A stretch of 62,926 bases of DNA, filler included, from Octopus bimaculoides (taxonomy: Eukaryota): NCBI RefSeq assembly GCF_001194135.2. It is 7 parts of 6 records of this genome, joined end to end, with 100 filler letters (N's around TTAATTAATTAA, not from the genome) between each part and the next. Parts side by side here need not be neighbours in the genome. Positions count along the whole stretch, not along the records: positions 22,683 to 29,339 come from NC_068996.1; positions 29,440 to 33,632 come from NC_068994.1; positions 33,733 to 39,793 come from NC_069009.1; 4 more parts are not named here. One strand, written 5' to 3'. Positions within the stretch are counted from its first letter, which is position 1, and every line of letters starts with the position of its first letter. Positions 22,744 to 37,111 of this stretch are shown here, piece by piece. Below the pieces are notes generated by a model, which saw only the letters and a program-made list of their open reading frames with translations, had not been told where the DNA came from and made no database searches. Position numbers and translations under genes: made by a program.

Positions 22744-25700
22744 TGCATATATGTATCTCACACAGTACTGGTCAAGTTGAAGTTACAGAAAACAGTTGCC
22801 TGTCCATTGTGATGCACAGTGCAATTAAAAATAGAGCCAATGATTGTGAACCAAACTTCTTAACCACACATCCATACCTGTGTGATATACATGTACACAC
22901 ACACATATAAATGTGTATGTATGCATGTGTGTATTTGTTGCTCATGTATGTTTGTGAAAGATGTAAACAGAAGTGAGGAAACGGAAACAAAACAAAGTGC
23001 TTTCAAATAAAAATACCTTTAATTCTTCAACTCAAGTTGCACAGACAATCTCTTGTCATTCTCACTGTTATTTATGCAGTGATTGGACTATTAAAATCCA
23101 TAACTGTTTCTAGGGGACTTAGTGGACTGTATAAACATAAGAATAATGTTTTTATGAGCGATTAAATACACTGTATTTTAATGAACTGTAAAAACACAAG
23201 TTTAGTATAAATTTTACACATTAATACACTATCTTAGTGTGAAATATACATTAAAATAGTATTCAAAGTTTTAGTGTAAATTAAAATATAATTTAAACAT
23301 TTTTGAAAAATGTGTTAAACACATTTTTTACATGTTTTTGATTTGTGTTTAACTATTAAAAAACATTTTAAAGGTGTTTTTTAATAATGTTAAAAAATGC
23401 ATTTTCACCATATACTATAGAAAAGCTACAAATATATCACAATCTCCATAAGGGCAATGTTTTGCAATTACTACTTTGTTACAATAATAAAGTACACTAT
23501 GCAATCTGATTTACCAATCAGTTCAGCATGTGAAGATGCATTTAATATAACATAATTTGATATTTAAGTCACATATAGTCTTTTTGTTATGTGTGGGTAA
23601 ATATATATATGGGATTACATTCCAAAACATTTCCCTGGGTCCTCTCTAATTTGTAACTCTGCTTAAGAGTTTTCTTGCAGTCTCTCCAAGCTAACATAGT
23701 TATGTAACTGTAATATACATATTTGGTTTGTTTGATTTGAAAACAGATCTGTTACTAATAAACCAAATAATAATGTGTAGACATGAAGCATTTGATGTGA
23801 TAAATTTTTAATGCCATACAGCATGACTACAAAACTATCTGCTTTTTAAACAGTCATTTAACAATGCTCATTGCATACTCTGGTTGTATTGTATTGTACA
23901 CTTGAAAAATAGCCAAGTAAGTGCCATTGAATGGAACCTATTCTGTGTTGGGCTTCCTAATTTATTAACTTCTTCCTCTCTCCCATACACTTGACCATAT
24001 TATGTTGTAAAGAAAACAATCAGTAATGTATAATAATGATTTCTTACATTGATTAATATTGATAATAATAATAATGATTTCAAATTTTGGCAAAAGGCCA
24101 GCAATTTTGTGGGAGGGGGTAAGTTGATTACATCAACCCCAGTGCTCTACTGGTACTTATTTTGATTACAGGTAAGTTCACCGCCATCAATTTATCACAA
24201 GGAAAATTCATCACCTTCAGTTCACCATGAGGAATGTTCACTATAAGGAAAGTTCACCAAGAAAATATATTCATAGTATCTCACCAGTAACAGTTCAATA
24301 ATATTTTATTGAGATAAAAAACTGAATTTACGACAGTGAACTTTCTCTGTGGTGAATTGACGATGACATGACTTATTGTCTCTAGAAGGATGAAAGGCAA
24401 AGTTGACCTCAGTGAAATTTGATATCCCTTCTAGTATAGGCAAAAGGCTTGAAATTTTGTAGGAGGCAGGCCAATCAATTTTACTGACCCTAGTACTCTA
24501 CTGGTACTTATTTCATCAACTCTGTAAAGATGAAATGCAATGTTGACCACAGTGGAATTTGAACTCGGAATGTAATGATGATGAAATACTCCTAAGCATT
24601 TTGTCTAGTGTGCTAATAATTCTGTCAGCTTGGCCCCTTAATAATAATGATAATAATAATTGTTTTTACTATATGCATAAGACCAGCAATTTTGAGTAAT
24701 GAAATACAAAAACTATCATTTGTCCATGAACATACTGTAAAACAACATGCATAATATGCACTTGTTTCTCTCCAGCATCAATACTTACATTAAGGGGTTG
24801 TGTGTGTGTGTGATTGACTATCATGAGAATTTTATAAACTTTTGAGAAAATGCGAAATATATATTTTTGAACAATATATCTCGAAGCACTTGAAGCTATA
24901 AATAATAGAATATAAATATTGGGTTGGAAGAGACTTTTGGATAGCAAATTTTGAAGACTACTTGTGGGATTGAACAGCTTTCAACTTTTCCTATCCAAAA
25001 AGGATTTTTCAACCCAATATTTTCATTATTATTTGTAGGCAGCAAAGTTTAATGTTCCCTTCCCATCCAAATTATTATTAACAAAGACACAAGGTAATAA
25101 GATTGTATCTTTTAGATTATTCTTTTTATTGTATAGATTTATTTTATATAAAAGAAAATTATATCAGATTGTAGTAGGCTGTCCACTCAGTTTTTTTTTG
25201 TGTGACTTCCATGGGTTTTTAAAGCCATTTAAGCCCCCAAATCAAGATTTGTATTTATACATGGGTTTTTACAGTAATTTTTGCTGTAATTGTAATCTGT
25301 TTTGTAATAAAACAATGATAGTATAGGAGTTGTAATAGTAATAACAATAAGATTTGTTTGGTCACATAGGGCAATAAAGAAGGACCTCTATACTGTGATT
25401 TGACCTGTCAGGTGTAGAAGCTGAATGTCCCTCAAAATGATACCATAACATATCATTTTAAATGGAAGATGTGTAACTGGGATAGTGTAGTCCCAGGTAC
25501 GCTGTACCTTAAACAAAACCATGTCAGATAAATGTGTAGTCAAATAAATTTTAAAACCTGAGTAAAAGACTGGTTGGTCATGGTTAGTGTGCCTTTGATT
25601 TTAGCCTCTCAGATAAGGAAGTCATCTGGAACTAAACAACACTCACTCACGTGCTATGAATATTCATATCCAGAGCCTTGAAGCCATTAAATTATAGAAT

Positions 25701-25771
25701 TCTATTATATAATTCTTTTACAAGAAGAAGGGTAATAGTAACTTCAAAGTTTCAGATTGCTAGCAGTCGTC

Positions 25772-25819
<48 letters not shown>

Positions 25820-25928
25820 TATTTTTCATGCAGTTGTTGCAGCCTGTATTTATTCATGCATGCCTGTGCTTGCACACACATATAATGGGATTTGTAGGTT
25901 CTGTCTACCAAGTTTACTGTTATCCCTA

Positions 25929-26290
25929 GTGGAGGCGCAATGGCCCAGTGGTTAGGGCAGCGGACTCGTGGTCATAGGATCGCGGTTTCGATTCCCAGAC
26001 TGGGCGTTGTGAGTGTTTATTGAGCGAAAACACCTAAAGCTTCACGAGGCTCCAGCAGGGGGTGGTGGTGAACCCTGCTGTACTCTTTCACCACAACTTT
26101 CTCTTACTTCCTGTTTCTGTTGTACCTGTAATTCAAAGGGCCAGCTTTGTCACACTGTGTCACCCCGAGAACTACGTTAAGGGTACCCGTGTCTGTGGAG
26201 TGCTCAGCCACGTTAATTTCACGAGCAGGCTATTCCGTTGATCGGATCAACTAGAACCCTCGACGTCGTAAGCGACGGAGTGCCAACAAT
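25929..26290 (+). mobile_element. tRNA-derived SINE family C, near full length
   Basis: Head GTGGAGGCGCAATGGCCCAGTGGTTAGGGC...GGTTTCGATTCCC; tail CCGTTGATCGGATCAACTAGAACCCTCGACGTCGTAAGCGACGGAGTGCCAAC. Other copies on minus at about 15270-15455, 16765-16975, 32055-32380, 33733-34112, 36381-36708, 40180-40460. Confidence 0.9.
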
Positions 26291-27175
26291 GTGCCACTAG
26301 TCTACATTTGATTAATTTTTGGTGTGTTTTTGTGTTTGGAATATTTTGCAGAGTGTGAAGCAGCATGTCTGTTGGTCTGAGTTCATTAATTAATCTATAT
26401 GTTTGAATTTCTTGGTTAGTTATTCCTTGGGTTATTATTATTTCTCAGGTTATGCATCAGTAGCCAGTAAATTTTGTTCAGTATGTTTTATTCACTAGTT
26501 TTATTCTATAGTTTTGTGGTAGCAAAGTCCTTTTTAGAGATAGTTCTTTGTTTCATAGGTACTATTTTTTAATATACAATAAATTTTTAGCTATAGGTTT
26601 ATTGCAATTAGTTTGTATTCAATGTTTGTGTTTGCAGGTGTAGATGTAATGGAAATATTATGCTAATGTTTCGCTCTTGCTATTTCTCTATGAATTCTTA
26701 ATCTGCTGACATCACGGGACTGAATGGCACTGCCCAGCTGTTGAAACCATAATGATATCCGTACGGCAGATGATGATGAGAATATGTGNNNNNNNNNNTG
26801 ATGATGAGAATATGTGATTGATATACTTGTTGTCTGTGAATGGTTTATATATTTTGGATTCTTCTTATTCTGAGTTATTCTTCATTCTTGAATGGTTGAC
26901 CTTATGAAAGGGTCCAACGATTATGACGATTTTGATGTTTATAATATCACATATACTGATATTGCATGATTGTCTCCATTGTTGGTGTAATTACGCTAGG
27001 ATAAGACTTAAGGGTTTCTGGTTTTAGGAGGTTCTGTGGCCTGCAGAAGTACGGCTTAATAAAATGGAACATGCTTTTGCTAATTGTTTTAGGTGCCTGT
27101 GTTGTCACAAGCAGACATAAATACCCTTTTTACCTTCTCAGTCATGACCCAACAATGTATCCAGTGTGTGTGTGT

Positions 27176-27210
<35 letters not shown>

Positions 27211-27500
27211 TAGCAATCAGCTTGTATTCATTTACAGTTGAGTAGGCTGAATGTGAAATAATGTGCCCCTTTACGAAGCAAGCCTAGCAGATAATCTTTA
27301 AGTGCTATAGGCACAGGAAGTAAAATCAATTGATACTGGAATGTCTACTTGTCTCTTTCTGGTTTTACAAATGGCGAGGATTGTTTTTAGTATATTTACT
27401 ACGTTCTCTATGCGTGTTTACATATGGGGAAAGATGCATGAATTTGCAGAGTTTTAACTCTTCTTTCTAGCAAACAGGTGCATATTGTACCCTGACTTTC

Positions 27501-27549
<49 letters not shown>

Positions 27550-27579
27550 AGTATATATGTGTGTGTGTGTATATGTATG

Positions 27580-27621
<42 letters not shown>

Positions 27622-27686
27622 TATATGTATGTGTATATATATGTGTGTGTATATATTTATATAGATACATATATGTATCTATATAA

Positions 27687-27736
<50 letters not shown>

Positions 27737-28012
27737 GCACACACACATATATCCATGTATATGTGTGTGTGTGTGTGTAGTTGAAAATTACAAAAAAAAA
27801 AAACAAGACAAAGCCAAGTGTATAAACAACAAAGGGGTGTATTAGTTTGATGCTTGGGAAGGTGAGAAAGTCTTTTATGTTTTGAGCCTATGCTCTTCAA
27901 CCGAAAGGAACATGGGGAAATAAACAGAATAAAACAAAAAAAAAAAAACTTGTGGATTTAGCAGTCAATCATGGCAACTGTATGTTGATATATATACATG
28001 TATATTTGTGTA

Positions 28013-28066
<54 letters not shown>

Positions 28067-28562
28067 TGTATGTGTGTGTATATATGTGTATATATATGTA
28101 TGTGTGTATATATGTATATGTGTGTGTATATGTGTGTGTGTATACGTGTGTATATATGTATACGTGTGTATGTATATACGTGTATGCATATACATGTGTA
28201 CATATATACGTGTGTACGTATATGTGTGTGTATATATATATATATGTATGTGTGTGTTTATATGTAGGGCCAGTCACATGGTGCTGGCAACGGCCACGCT
28301 CAAATGTTTTTTTACATGCCACCTGCACAGGAGCCAGTCAAGCGGCACTGTTAACGACTGCGCTCGAATGCTTTTTCACGTGCCGCTGGCATGGAAGCCA
28401 GTCAGCTGCTCTGGAAACAATCACACTCAGATGGTGCTCTTAGCGCTCCACTGGCATGGGGGCCAGTCCTTGAATTTGATTCGATTTCGACTTCACTCGC
28501 AAGCAGTGTTTAGTATCCAATGAAGGAAAGGAACGCATAAGTGGGCTGGTTACACCCCTAGC

Positions 28563-28619
<57 letters not shown>

Positions 28620-28787
28620 NNNNNNNNNNNNNNNNNNNNNNNNNNNNNNNNNNNNNNNNNNNNNNNNNNNNNNNNNNNNNNNNNNNNNNNNNNNNNNNNN
28701 NNNNNNNNNNNNNNNNNNNNNNNNNNNNNNNNNNNNNNNNNNNNNNNNNNNNNNNNNNNNNNNNNNNNNNNNNNNNNNNNNNNNNNN

Positions 28788-29150
28788 CATCATCGTTTAA
28801 TGTCCGCTTTCCATGCTGGCATGGGTTGGATGATTTGACTGAGGACTGGTGAACCAGATGGCTACACCAGGCTCCAATCTGATTTGGCAGAGTTTCTACA
28901 GCTGGATGCCCTTCCTAATGCCAACCACTCCGAGAGTATAGTGGGTGCTTTTACGTGCCACCAGCACGAAGGCCAGTCAGGCGGTACTGGCAATGGCCAC
29001 GCTCAAAATGGTGTATTTCACATGTCACCTGCACAGGAGCCAGTCCAGGGACACTGGCAACGATCTCGCTCAAATGTCTTTACACATGCCACCGGCACAA
29101 GTGCCTGGAAGGTGACGCTGGGCACAGGTGCCATCACTATTTCGCTTTCG
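28788..29150 (-). mobile_element. Family E retroposon copy with internal ~60-bp tandem units
   Basis: CATCATCGTTTAATGTCCGCTTTCCATGC...; repeated ACGTGCCACC.GCAC..GAGCCAGTC units; more body at about 28265-28480. Confidence 0.8.
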
Positions 29151-29160
29151 CTTGCCTGTG

Positions 29161-29195
<35 letters not shown>

Positions 29196-29299
29196 GTATA
29201 TATGTATGTATATATGTATATATGTATGTATGTATGTATATATCTATGTGTGTATGTATATGTATGTATATATCTATGTGTGTATGTATATGTATATAT

Positions 29300-29333
<34 letters not shown>

Positions 29334-30494
29334 GTATATNNNNNNNNNNNNNNNNNNNNNNNNNNNNNNNNNNNNNNNNNNNNTTAATTAATTAANNNNN
29401 NNNNNNNNNNNNNNNNNNNNNNNNNNNNNNNNNNNNNNNTAATAATAATAATAATTTTTACTATATGCACAAGGCCTGGAATTTGTGGGGAGGGGGATAG
29501 TCGATGACATTGGCCCCAGTTCTTGACTGGTACTTATTTTATTGAACCTGAAAGGATGAAAGACAAAGTTGATCTCGGCGGAATTTGAACTCAGAACGTG
29601 AAGACAGACGAAATACCGCTAAGCATTTTGTCCGGTGTGCTAACAACTCTGCTAAATAATAATAATAACAATTGGTACCAGCAATTTCTTGAGGGGAGGA
29701 AGTTAATCGCTTATATCCATCCTAGTACTTAGCTAATACTTTATTTTATCGATCCCGAAAAAAAAATGAAAGGCGAAGTTAATCACGGTGGGATTTGAAC
29801 TCAGAACTCTTTCATTCATCCCATTTTAATGCACCCCACCACTGACAATTTGTAACCAGTCTTTGTAATGTTGCTTTATTCGTTGCCCTTTCGGCGGTAA
29901 TAAAAAAAGTAATTATTCTTGTCGTTATTGTGTTGAAGTGTACAGACATGCTCAAGATAACTCTTAAAAGTTTAATTTCGCCACAATAAAGGAAAAATAC
30001 GTCATTTTTGCATAGTTATGTTTCTAAAATTCTTTTTAATTTTGTAAACAAGGACTTTCGAAAAGTTTTTTGAAGTATACTGCATTGCCCGTGGTAGAGA
30101 AAAGGTCTTGTCTTTTAGATGTAGTTTTTGAATTGTCGTTTGTTAGTGATTTAATATGGTTTCTTGTGGTGCATAAATTTCATATGGTTTCTTCTCCTGG
30201 AGCTTTGTAACAGATGAATTAGCACCAATAATACTCCCACAGAAACAAATGTTTGAAAATAATTGCACAGAGTTTAAAAAAAAAGAAAAAAGAAACCTCA
30301 GAAAAAAAAGTAATACATACGTAAAAGTAGACAGAGCATAGAGTTATACTTTAACAAAGGCAAAAAGAAATTGTTTCTAACAAGAAATATTTAGTATGAG
30401 CTTCAGAACAATAGTGGCAGTTTTGCTAGCATTGCTAACCATAGGAAGGTATTCGGTATAAGTTGGCTTCTTAAAAGAAAAGAATCTATTCTAC

Positions 30495-30697
30495 TCTAGG
30501 CATAAGGCCTGAAATTTTGGGGGAGAGGCCAGTCAATAAGATCGACCCCAACACGCAATTAGTACTTAATTTATCGACCCCGAAAAGATAAAGGTAAAGT
30601 CGATATCGGCGGAATTTGAACTCAGAAAGTAAAGGCAGACGAAATATCGCTAAGCATTTCGCCTGGCGTGCTAACGTTTCTGCCAGCTCGCCGCCTC
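30495..30697 (-). mobile_element. SINE family B copy
   Basis: Reverse complement of family B ending CCAGCTCGCCGCC; other degenerate copies at about 24370-24640, 29470-29810, 30920-31090, 49410-49620. Confidence 0.85.
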
Positions 30698-31089
30698 CAT
30701 GAAAGCACTTAATCCGTCCATTCCATATTTATGATGGTATAGACGTATGGATTGTACCGGTTATTCTTTACATGAAAGCAGGCAACAACAAATCACCAAA
30801 GGTTTCAAGTGCCTTCTCCTGTGGCCAGAGTAAAAAAAAAAAAAAAAAAAANNNNNNNNNNNNNNNNNNNNNNNNNNNNNNNNNNNNNNNNNNNNAAAAA
30901 TAATAATAATAATAATTATTATTATTCATCCGTCTGTACGTTCTGGGTTCAAATTCCTCCGTGGTCGACTTTATCCGTCATCCTTTCGGGGTCGCCGATA
31001 AATTAAGTACTAGTTGAGCATTGAGGTCAATGTAATCGACAAGTGCTCCCCCACCACAAACTCCAGGCCTGGTGTCAATAGTAAAAAAG

Positions 31090-31144
<55 letters not shown>

Positions 31145-31464
31145 TACAATTTCAGGTGTCTACATTACTATCATTGATTTTTACTTCTTCGTATTTGTAT
31201 TATTATTGATGCTCGTGTTATTGACGCTGTAAGGAAATTATTACTGTTATTTGCACAATTGCTCCCAATACACAAAACATCTGTGTCTTCATCGTTCCCC
31301 GGTTTACCATTTAATCTGAAATATGGAGAAGTCGATTACCGCTGCGACGGAAACAAAAAAAAATAAAAATAAGAATTTCACACCGCTACAAACATACGCC
31401 ATGTTGAAATGGAATTTCTGCATTGAAGGTAGAAAGAAATATTAAGCAACAAAAATGACTTCAA

Positions 31465-31500
<36 letters not shown>

Positions 31501-31826
31501 ACACACACACACACACGCACATACGCACACACACTAACACACAACACACACACACAAACACACAACACACACACACACTAACATACCCCAGACACACACA
31601 CACTGACACACACATACACATATATAAATGTATACGTGCATATATATGTATACACACACTGCACACACATGTACATATGCATATATATAGTATACACGCA
31701 CACACACACACTCATATATATATATATATAGGTGTGTGTGTATATATATATATATGTATATATATGTATACACACAAACACATACACATTCGCACACACA
31801 TAAGTATGTGTGTGGGTATATATGTT

Positions 31827-31913
<87 letters not shown>

Positions 31914-32754
31914 ATGTCTGCGTATGAATGCACTGTGTAAGTGAATGCATCTATGAGCATGAATGAATGTATGTGACTGTGTTTTGTATTTGAGTGTGTT
32001 TGCGTATCCAAAAGAGGCCACCCCAGGCCTGTATTCCAAACATAGAAACTCTCACAACTGGCTCTCCGTCGGTTACGACGACGAGTGTTCCAGTTGATCC
32101 GATCAACGGAACTGGCTGACCGTGAAATGAACGTGCAAGCGACTGAGTACACCACAGTCACGCAACCCCTTAACGTAGTTCTCAGGGAGACTCAGTACGA
32201 CACAGAGCGTGACAAGTCTGTCTCTTTAAATTATAGGTACCACTCATTTTTACCAACTGAGTGGACTGCAGCAATATGAAATAAAATGTCTTGCGAAAAG
32301 GACACAACGCGCTGCCGGAAATCGAACTCACGACCTTACGATGGTGAGCCGAATGTCCTAACCACTAAGCCACGTGCCTTCACTTATCCTCACAACAACG
32401 CTTACCGCTCGAACCAAAAAGTACCCGACCCGAAAATCCCACCGACAACCCAGCCACAGACACATTTTTAGCGATGTCCGACTCATACCCCTCTTATCAA
32501 CCCTTTAGTAAATTGTATGCGTAGCAACATTCACTAGTGGCACCTTTCTCCTCGTGTAGTACTAGAAAACTTTCGTGCGGGCACGGCTGGAGAGGAAATG
32601 CATGGCTTTTGACTCCCTTAGTTGTTTCTACCCCAGTTACTTGTTCTTCATTCACCACAGTCGCTAAGCAGAGAAAAACTGGTCTTAGCTTCACCCGCTA
32701 AAGGAAGTCTTGAAGGGCTACCTTTACGATGGTTTTACTCGGTTGGTAACCGGG

Positions 32755-33552
32755 CCCGTCTGCGAAATTTTTTTCCCACGAGAGTTACGCACCCCAGTTA
32801 TGAACTCATTTGCATACAGCCAATCAGAACTCAACTGACAAACTAATTTATGAGCGCATAACAATTGATGGGCGACAAGATAAGGTCACTTGGGTAAGGA
32901 ATTACCATATTTCTTTTCTCTTTTGATAACACTTGTTGTTCTTGTTCTTGTTTCAACCATGGCTGCTTCTGCGTAATTGTGTTGTTGTTTACTTTGTAAG
33001 ACAGTAAGAGGAGAGGGTTGCTAGCACATCACCCTCTACCCACATTTTCTCAACCATATCTTTACCATATGGGGCCCTAACAAAATCCGATTATAGGTAT
33101 AGATGCAAATCTATCTAATTACTTGTCTCCTTCTAAAATCAGGCATAACTTGGCGATCGGTCGACTTACAACACCGCTCTTCGTCTTGACTTTACTTGGT
33201 AGAGTGTGTTTTGCCAATAGATTGGTTGCTTTTAACACATTCACGGATGTTATGTTGGGCTTTGCGTCTGGGCATAATCAGAGCTGAACGAATCTGATCC
33301 TTCGTAATCCGCATGGCTGCCTCTGCGTGGTTGTTTGTGTATACCAAGGTCATGGTGAGATCTGGTTGACTGTATGCAAATGAGTTCATTATATTGCCTT
33401 TATGTAACAAATCAAATTAGCGTCTCAAATCGATCGCGTGTTCGCTATCATTTCATTCCAAATTTCCTTACAGAACGCACAGGAAATGAAACTCTAAACA
33501 AATGTTTACTGGGGTCCGGAACTCTCGCGGGAAAAAAATTTCGCGGCCCGTC
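32755..33552. mobile_element. Probable old DNA transposon with split, imperfect terminal inverted repeats
   Basis: GAAATTTTTTTCCCACGAGAGTTACGCACCCCAGT (about 32764) pairs with ACTGGGGTCCGGAACTCTCGCGGGAAAAAAATTTC (about 33508); ATGAACTCATTTGCATACAGCCAATCAGA (about 32800) pairs with TCTGGTTGACTGTATGCAAATGAGTTCAT (33361). Confidence 0.55.
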
Positions 33553-33732
33553 CTCTCGACGACGATTGTTCGACATAATCCCACAAGTCAGCAGAAGCTA
33601 ATAAAACATTTGCTTAAAGTTTCATTCCCTGTNNNNNNNNNNNNNNNNNNNNNNNNNNNNNNNNNNNNNNNNNNNNTTAATTAATTAANNNNNNNNNNNN
33701 NNNNNNNNNNNNNNNNNNNNNNNNNNNNNNNN

Positions 33733-34112
33733 GTTGGCACTCCATCGCTTACGACGTCGAGGGTTCCAGTTGATCCGATCAACGGAACAGCCTGCTCGTG
33801 AAATTAACGTGCAAGTGGCTGAGTACTCCACAGACACGTGTGCCCTTAACGTAGTTCTTGGGGATATTCAGCGTGACAGTGTGACAAGGCTGACCCTTTG
33901 AATTACAGGCACAACAGAAACAGGAAGTAAGAGTGAGAGAAAGCTGTGGTGAAAGAGTACAGCAGGGTTTACCACCATCCCCTGCTGGAGCCTCGTGGAG
34001 CTTTAGGTGTTTTCGCTCAATAAACACTCACAACGCCCGGTCTGGGAATCGAAAACGCGATCCTATGACCGAGAGTCCGCTGCCGTAACCACTGGGCCAT
34101 TGCGCCTCCACT
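33733..34112 (-). mobile_element. SINE family C copy
   Basis: Reverse complement of 25929-26290, ending CCATTGCGCCTCCAC. Confidence 0.9.
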
Positions 34113-34304
34113 AAAAGAAAAGTATTAATAACAATTTGATATCTATGTTCCATGCTGGCATCGGGTGGATGGTTTGGAAGCCTTTAACGGGTCTCATGAA
34201 TGTATCGTTTCCAAATGTCTTCTTTGCTATAGTTTCTATGACAGGATTTCCTTCCTAACTCCAGCCACTTAGCAGTGGGTATTGTTGTTTGTTCCTTCTC
34301 GAGC

Positions 34305-34585
34305 CATGCCTGGCTCATAAGGGCCGGTTTTCCCAGTTTAATTGGTGTATAGGTTCCCCAGGGAACACGGTCCGTCGCAGCTGAGCTGCTAAATACATGA
34401 GGAAAGAGTGAGAGAAATTTGTGGCGGCGAAAGAGTCAGCAGAAGTTCACCATTACCTTCTGCTGGAGCCGCGTGGAGCTTAGATGTTTCGCTCACAAAC
34501 ACACACATCACCCTGTCTGAGATTTGATCCCGCGATTCCTCGACCGCAAGTCCACTGCTCTCACTACTAGGCTATGTGCCTCCAC
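34305..34585 (-). mobile_element. tRNA-derived SINE family D (V-domain-like)
   Basis: Same type of tRNA head as family C but a different body. The sister copy at 38465-38725 reads ACCTGCGACGGACCGGCGTCCCGTTCAGGTG on minus, resembling the V-SINE motif CCTGCGATGGACTGGCG.CC.GTCCAGGGTG. Confidence 0.65.
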
Positions 34586-35100
34586 AAAGGTGAGTACAGA
34601 GTCTGTTTTGCATATCAGCATTACTGAGGTCGTAGCTTACGAGAAAAGACCGGCGATACGGATGGGAAGTTGTGAGCAGGAGGCAGTTTTATAAGAGATG
34701 TGGGGTTTTAAGTATGAGGGAAGAGGGCAGGATAGAATAGGGTCTTGTCTGTAGAGAAGTAATATGGCTACTCATATTTTGGGAGGGAAAGGAGGAAGGA
34801 TTGAAAGGGAGTTGAAAGAGAGATAAGCCAATGGCCCTCGATGTACGAGATAGCAGCAAATGAAAGGGGGAAGGAGAAGTTATAAGGATGTGTATGGGAG
34901 TGAGAGATAGGGAGTAGGTGAACGGGAAAATATGATGAAGGAAGAGTTGAGAGAAATAAGGAGAGAATGTGAGACAACAGCAGAAATGGGGTAAATTTGA
35001 GTGTATAGTGAATTGTGGGTAACAACAGCAACATTATTAAAAAATATAGTTTCATTTCCATATTTATATCTACAATATTTCTTTCTTTTTCAAATTCAAG

Positions 35101-35217
35101 ACATCAACGAGTGTTTAAAGAAGCCCTGTCCTTCTGATGCCAAATGTTACAACTACCCAGGATCCTACTACTGTAAATGTAAACGTGGTTACCGATATGA
35201 GAATAACAAATGTGTTG
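35101..35217 (+). CDS. Calcium-binding EGF-like domain exon (fibrillin/fibulin-type extracellular protein)
   Basis: 117 bp, phase 1-1, ag/gtaagt; (D)INECLKKPCPSDAKCYNYPGSYYCKCKRGYRYENNKCV with D-x-N-E-C and C-x-N-x-x-G-S-Y-x-C consensus and six Cys. Confidence 0.92.
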
Positions 35218-35758
35218 GTAAGTAACACTATAAAAATTAAACATAAACAACAAAAATAAACATTTTAAATTTACCATTATTTAGTAAATAATTTGTGATG
35301 GTTGTTTAACTCTCGGTCAGGAATTTGATCCCGCGATCCCTCGACCGCAAGTCCACTGCTTTCACCACTAGGCTATGTGCCTCCACAAAGGTGAGTACAG
35401 AGTCTGTTTTGCATATCAGTATTACTGAGGTCGTAGCTTACGAGAAAAGACCGGCGATACGGATGGGAAGTTGGGAGCAGGAGGCAGTTTCATAAGAGAT
35501 GTGGGGTTTTAAGTATGAGGGAAGAGGGCATGTTTAAGATACGTTGTTATTCAGCCGAGCTGTGTTGGTTCCCAAATCTGTTATTCGAAATACACCAAGA
35601 ATTTTATTTATAAAATGAAGAACCCAACTATACGTCAAGACATACAGCAGTTGATTTATGCGGTGTAGTGTGACAGTGTCGATATGTTATAAACCAAGAG
35701 ATACGGTAGTTAACTGCTGCATTTGTGTTTAAATAACATTTATTTATTTATTTAACAG

Positions 35759-35875
35759 ATATCAACGAGTGTAAATATAGAGGAAGATGTGACCAAATCT
35801 GTATCAATACTCTCGGATCCTACTATTGCCGCTGCTGGAAAGGTTTTCAAATATTTAAGAATCGTTACTGCGTGG
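35759..35875 (+). CDS. Calcium-binding EGF-like domain exon
   Basis: 117 bp, phase 1-1, aacag/gtaagt; (D)INECKYRGRCDQICINTLGSYYCRCWKGFQIFKNRYCV, six Cys. Confidence 0.92.
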
Positions 35876-37059
35876 GTAAGTGCATCATTTCACGAAAGAT
35901 TTTCTCCACTGACACACACACGCACAAAAACACAAACACACACACACACACACACACACCACGCGCATATACACCCCCACTCGCGCACACACACACATAC
36001 TCACACATCTCTACATTCTGACTTATGGTTGTCTAACCTGAGCTTGAATGAACCTTCCATTTTACCCACATATTTCCTTATGTTCAACAACCCCCTCTCA
36101 CATTCCGAGTTCACTCCCCACCCATACACGACTGGTTCTATATTGCATTTACTGTTTTTCTTTTCGTTATTTAACTTTACCTGTGCAAGAGTCGTCTCCC
36201 TCTGTGCTGTTTTAGCATATTTACTAAAATTTACAAGTGATATACAAGAGAGTCGCATCACAATAATTTTGGGAAGAAATGTATGGGTATTGGGTGAAAC
36301 CAATGGAAACTGTAACAACAATTGGATACCGCTAGTGAAGTGCAGATCTATCTGAACATCAGGTGGATTTGCACACTGTTTAGTTGGCACTCCGTCGCTT
36401 ACGACGACAAGGGTTCCAGTTGATCCGATCAACGGAACAGCCTGCTGGTGAAATTAACGTGCAAGTGGCTGAGCACTCCACAGACACGTGTACCCTTAAC
36501 GTAGTTCTTGGGAGAGATTCAGCGTGACACAGTGTGACAAGGCTGACCCTTTGAATTACAGGCACAAAAGAAACAGGAAGTAAGAGTGAGAAAAAGTCGT
36601 GGTGGAAGAGTACAGCAGGGTTCGCCACCATCCCCTGCTGGAGCCTCGTGGAGCTTTAGGTGGTTTTGCTCAATAAACACTCACAACGCCCGGTCTGGGA
36701 ATCGAAACNNNNNNNNNNNNNNNNNNNNNNNNNNNNNNNNNNNNNNNNNNNNNNNNNNNNNNNNNNNNNNNNNNNNNNNNNNNNNNNNNNNNNNNNNNNN
36801 NNNNNNNNNNNNNNNNNNNNNNNNNNNNNNNNNNNNNNNNNNNNNNNNNNNNNNNNNNNNNNNNNNNNNNNNNNNNNNNNNNNNNNNNNNNNNNNNNNNN
36901 NNNNNNNNNNNNNNNNNNNNNNNNNNNNNNNNNNNNNNNNNNNNNNNNNNNNNNNNNNNNNNNNNNNNNNNNNNNNNNNNNNNNNNNNNNNNNNNNNNNN
37001 NNNNNNNNNNNNNNNNNNNNNNNNNNNNNNNNNNNNNNNNNNNTATATATATATGTATG

Positions 37060-37111
<52 letters not shown>

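Noticed and set aside
25929-26005. tRNA-like heads of SINE families A-D as tRNA genes
   Set aside because: No closed acceptor stem, and each runs into a multi-copy SINE body.
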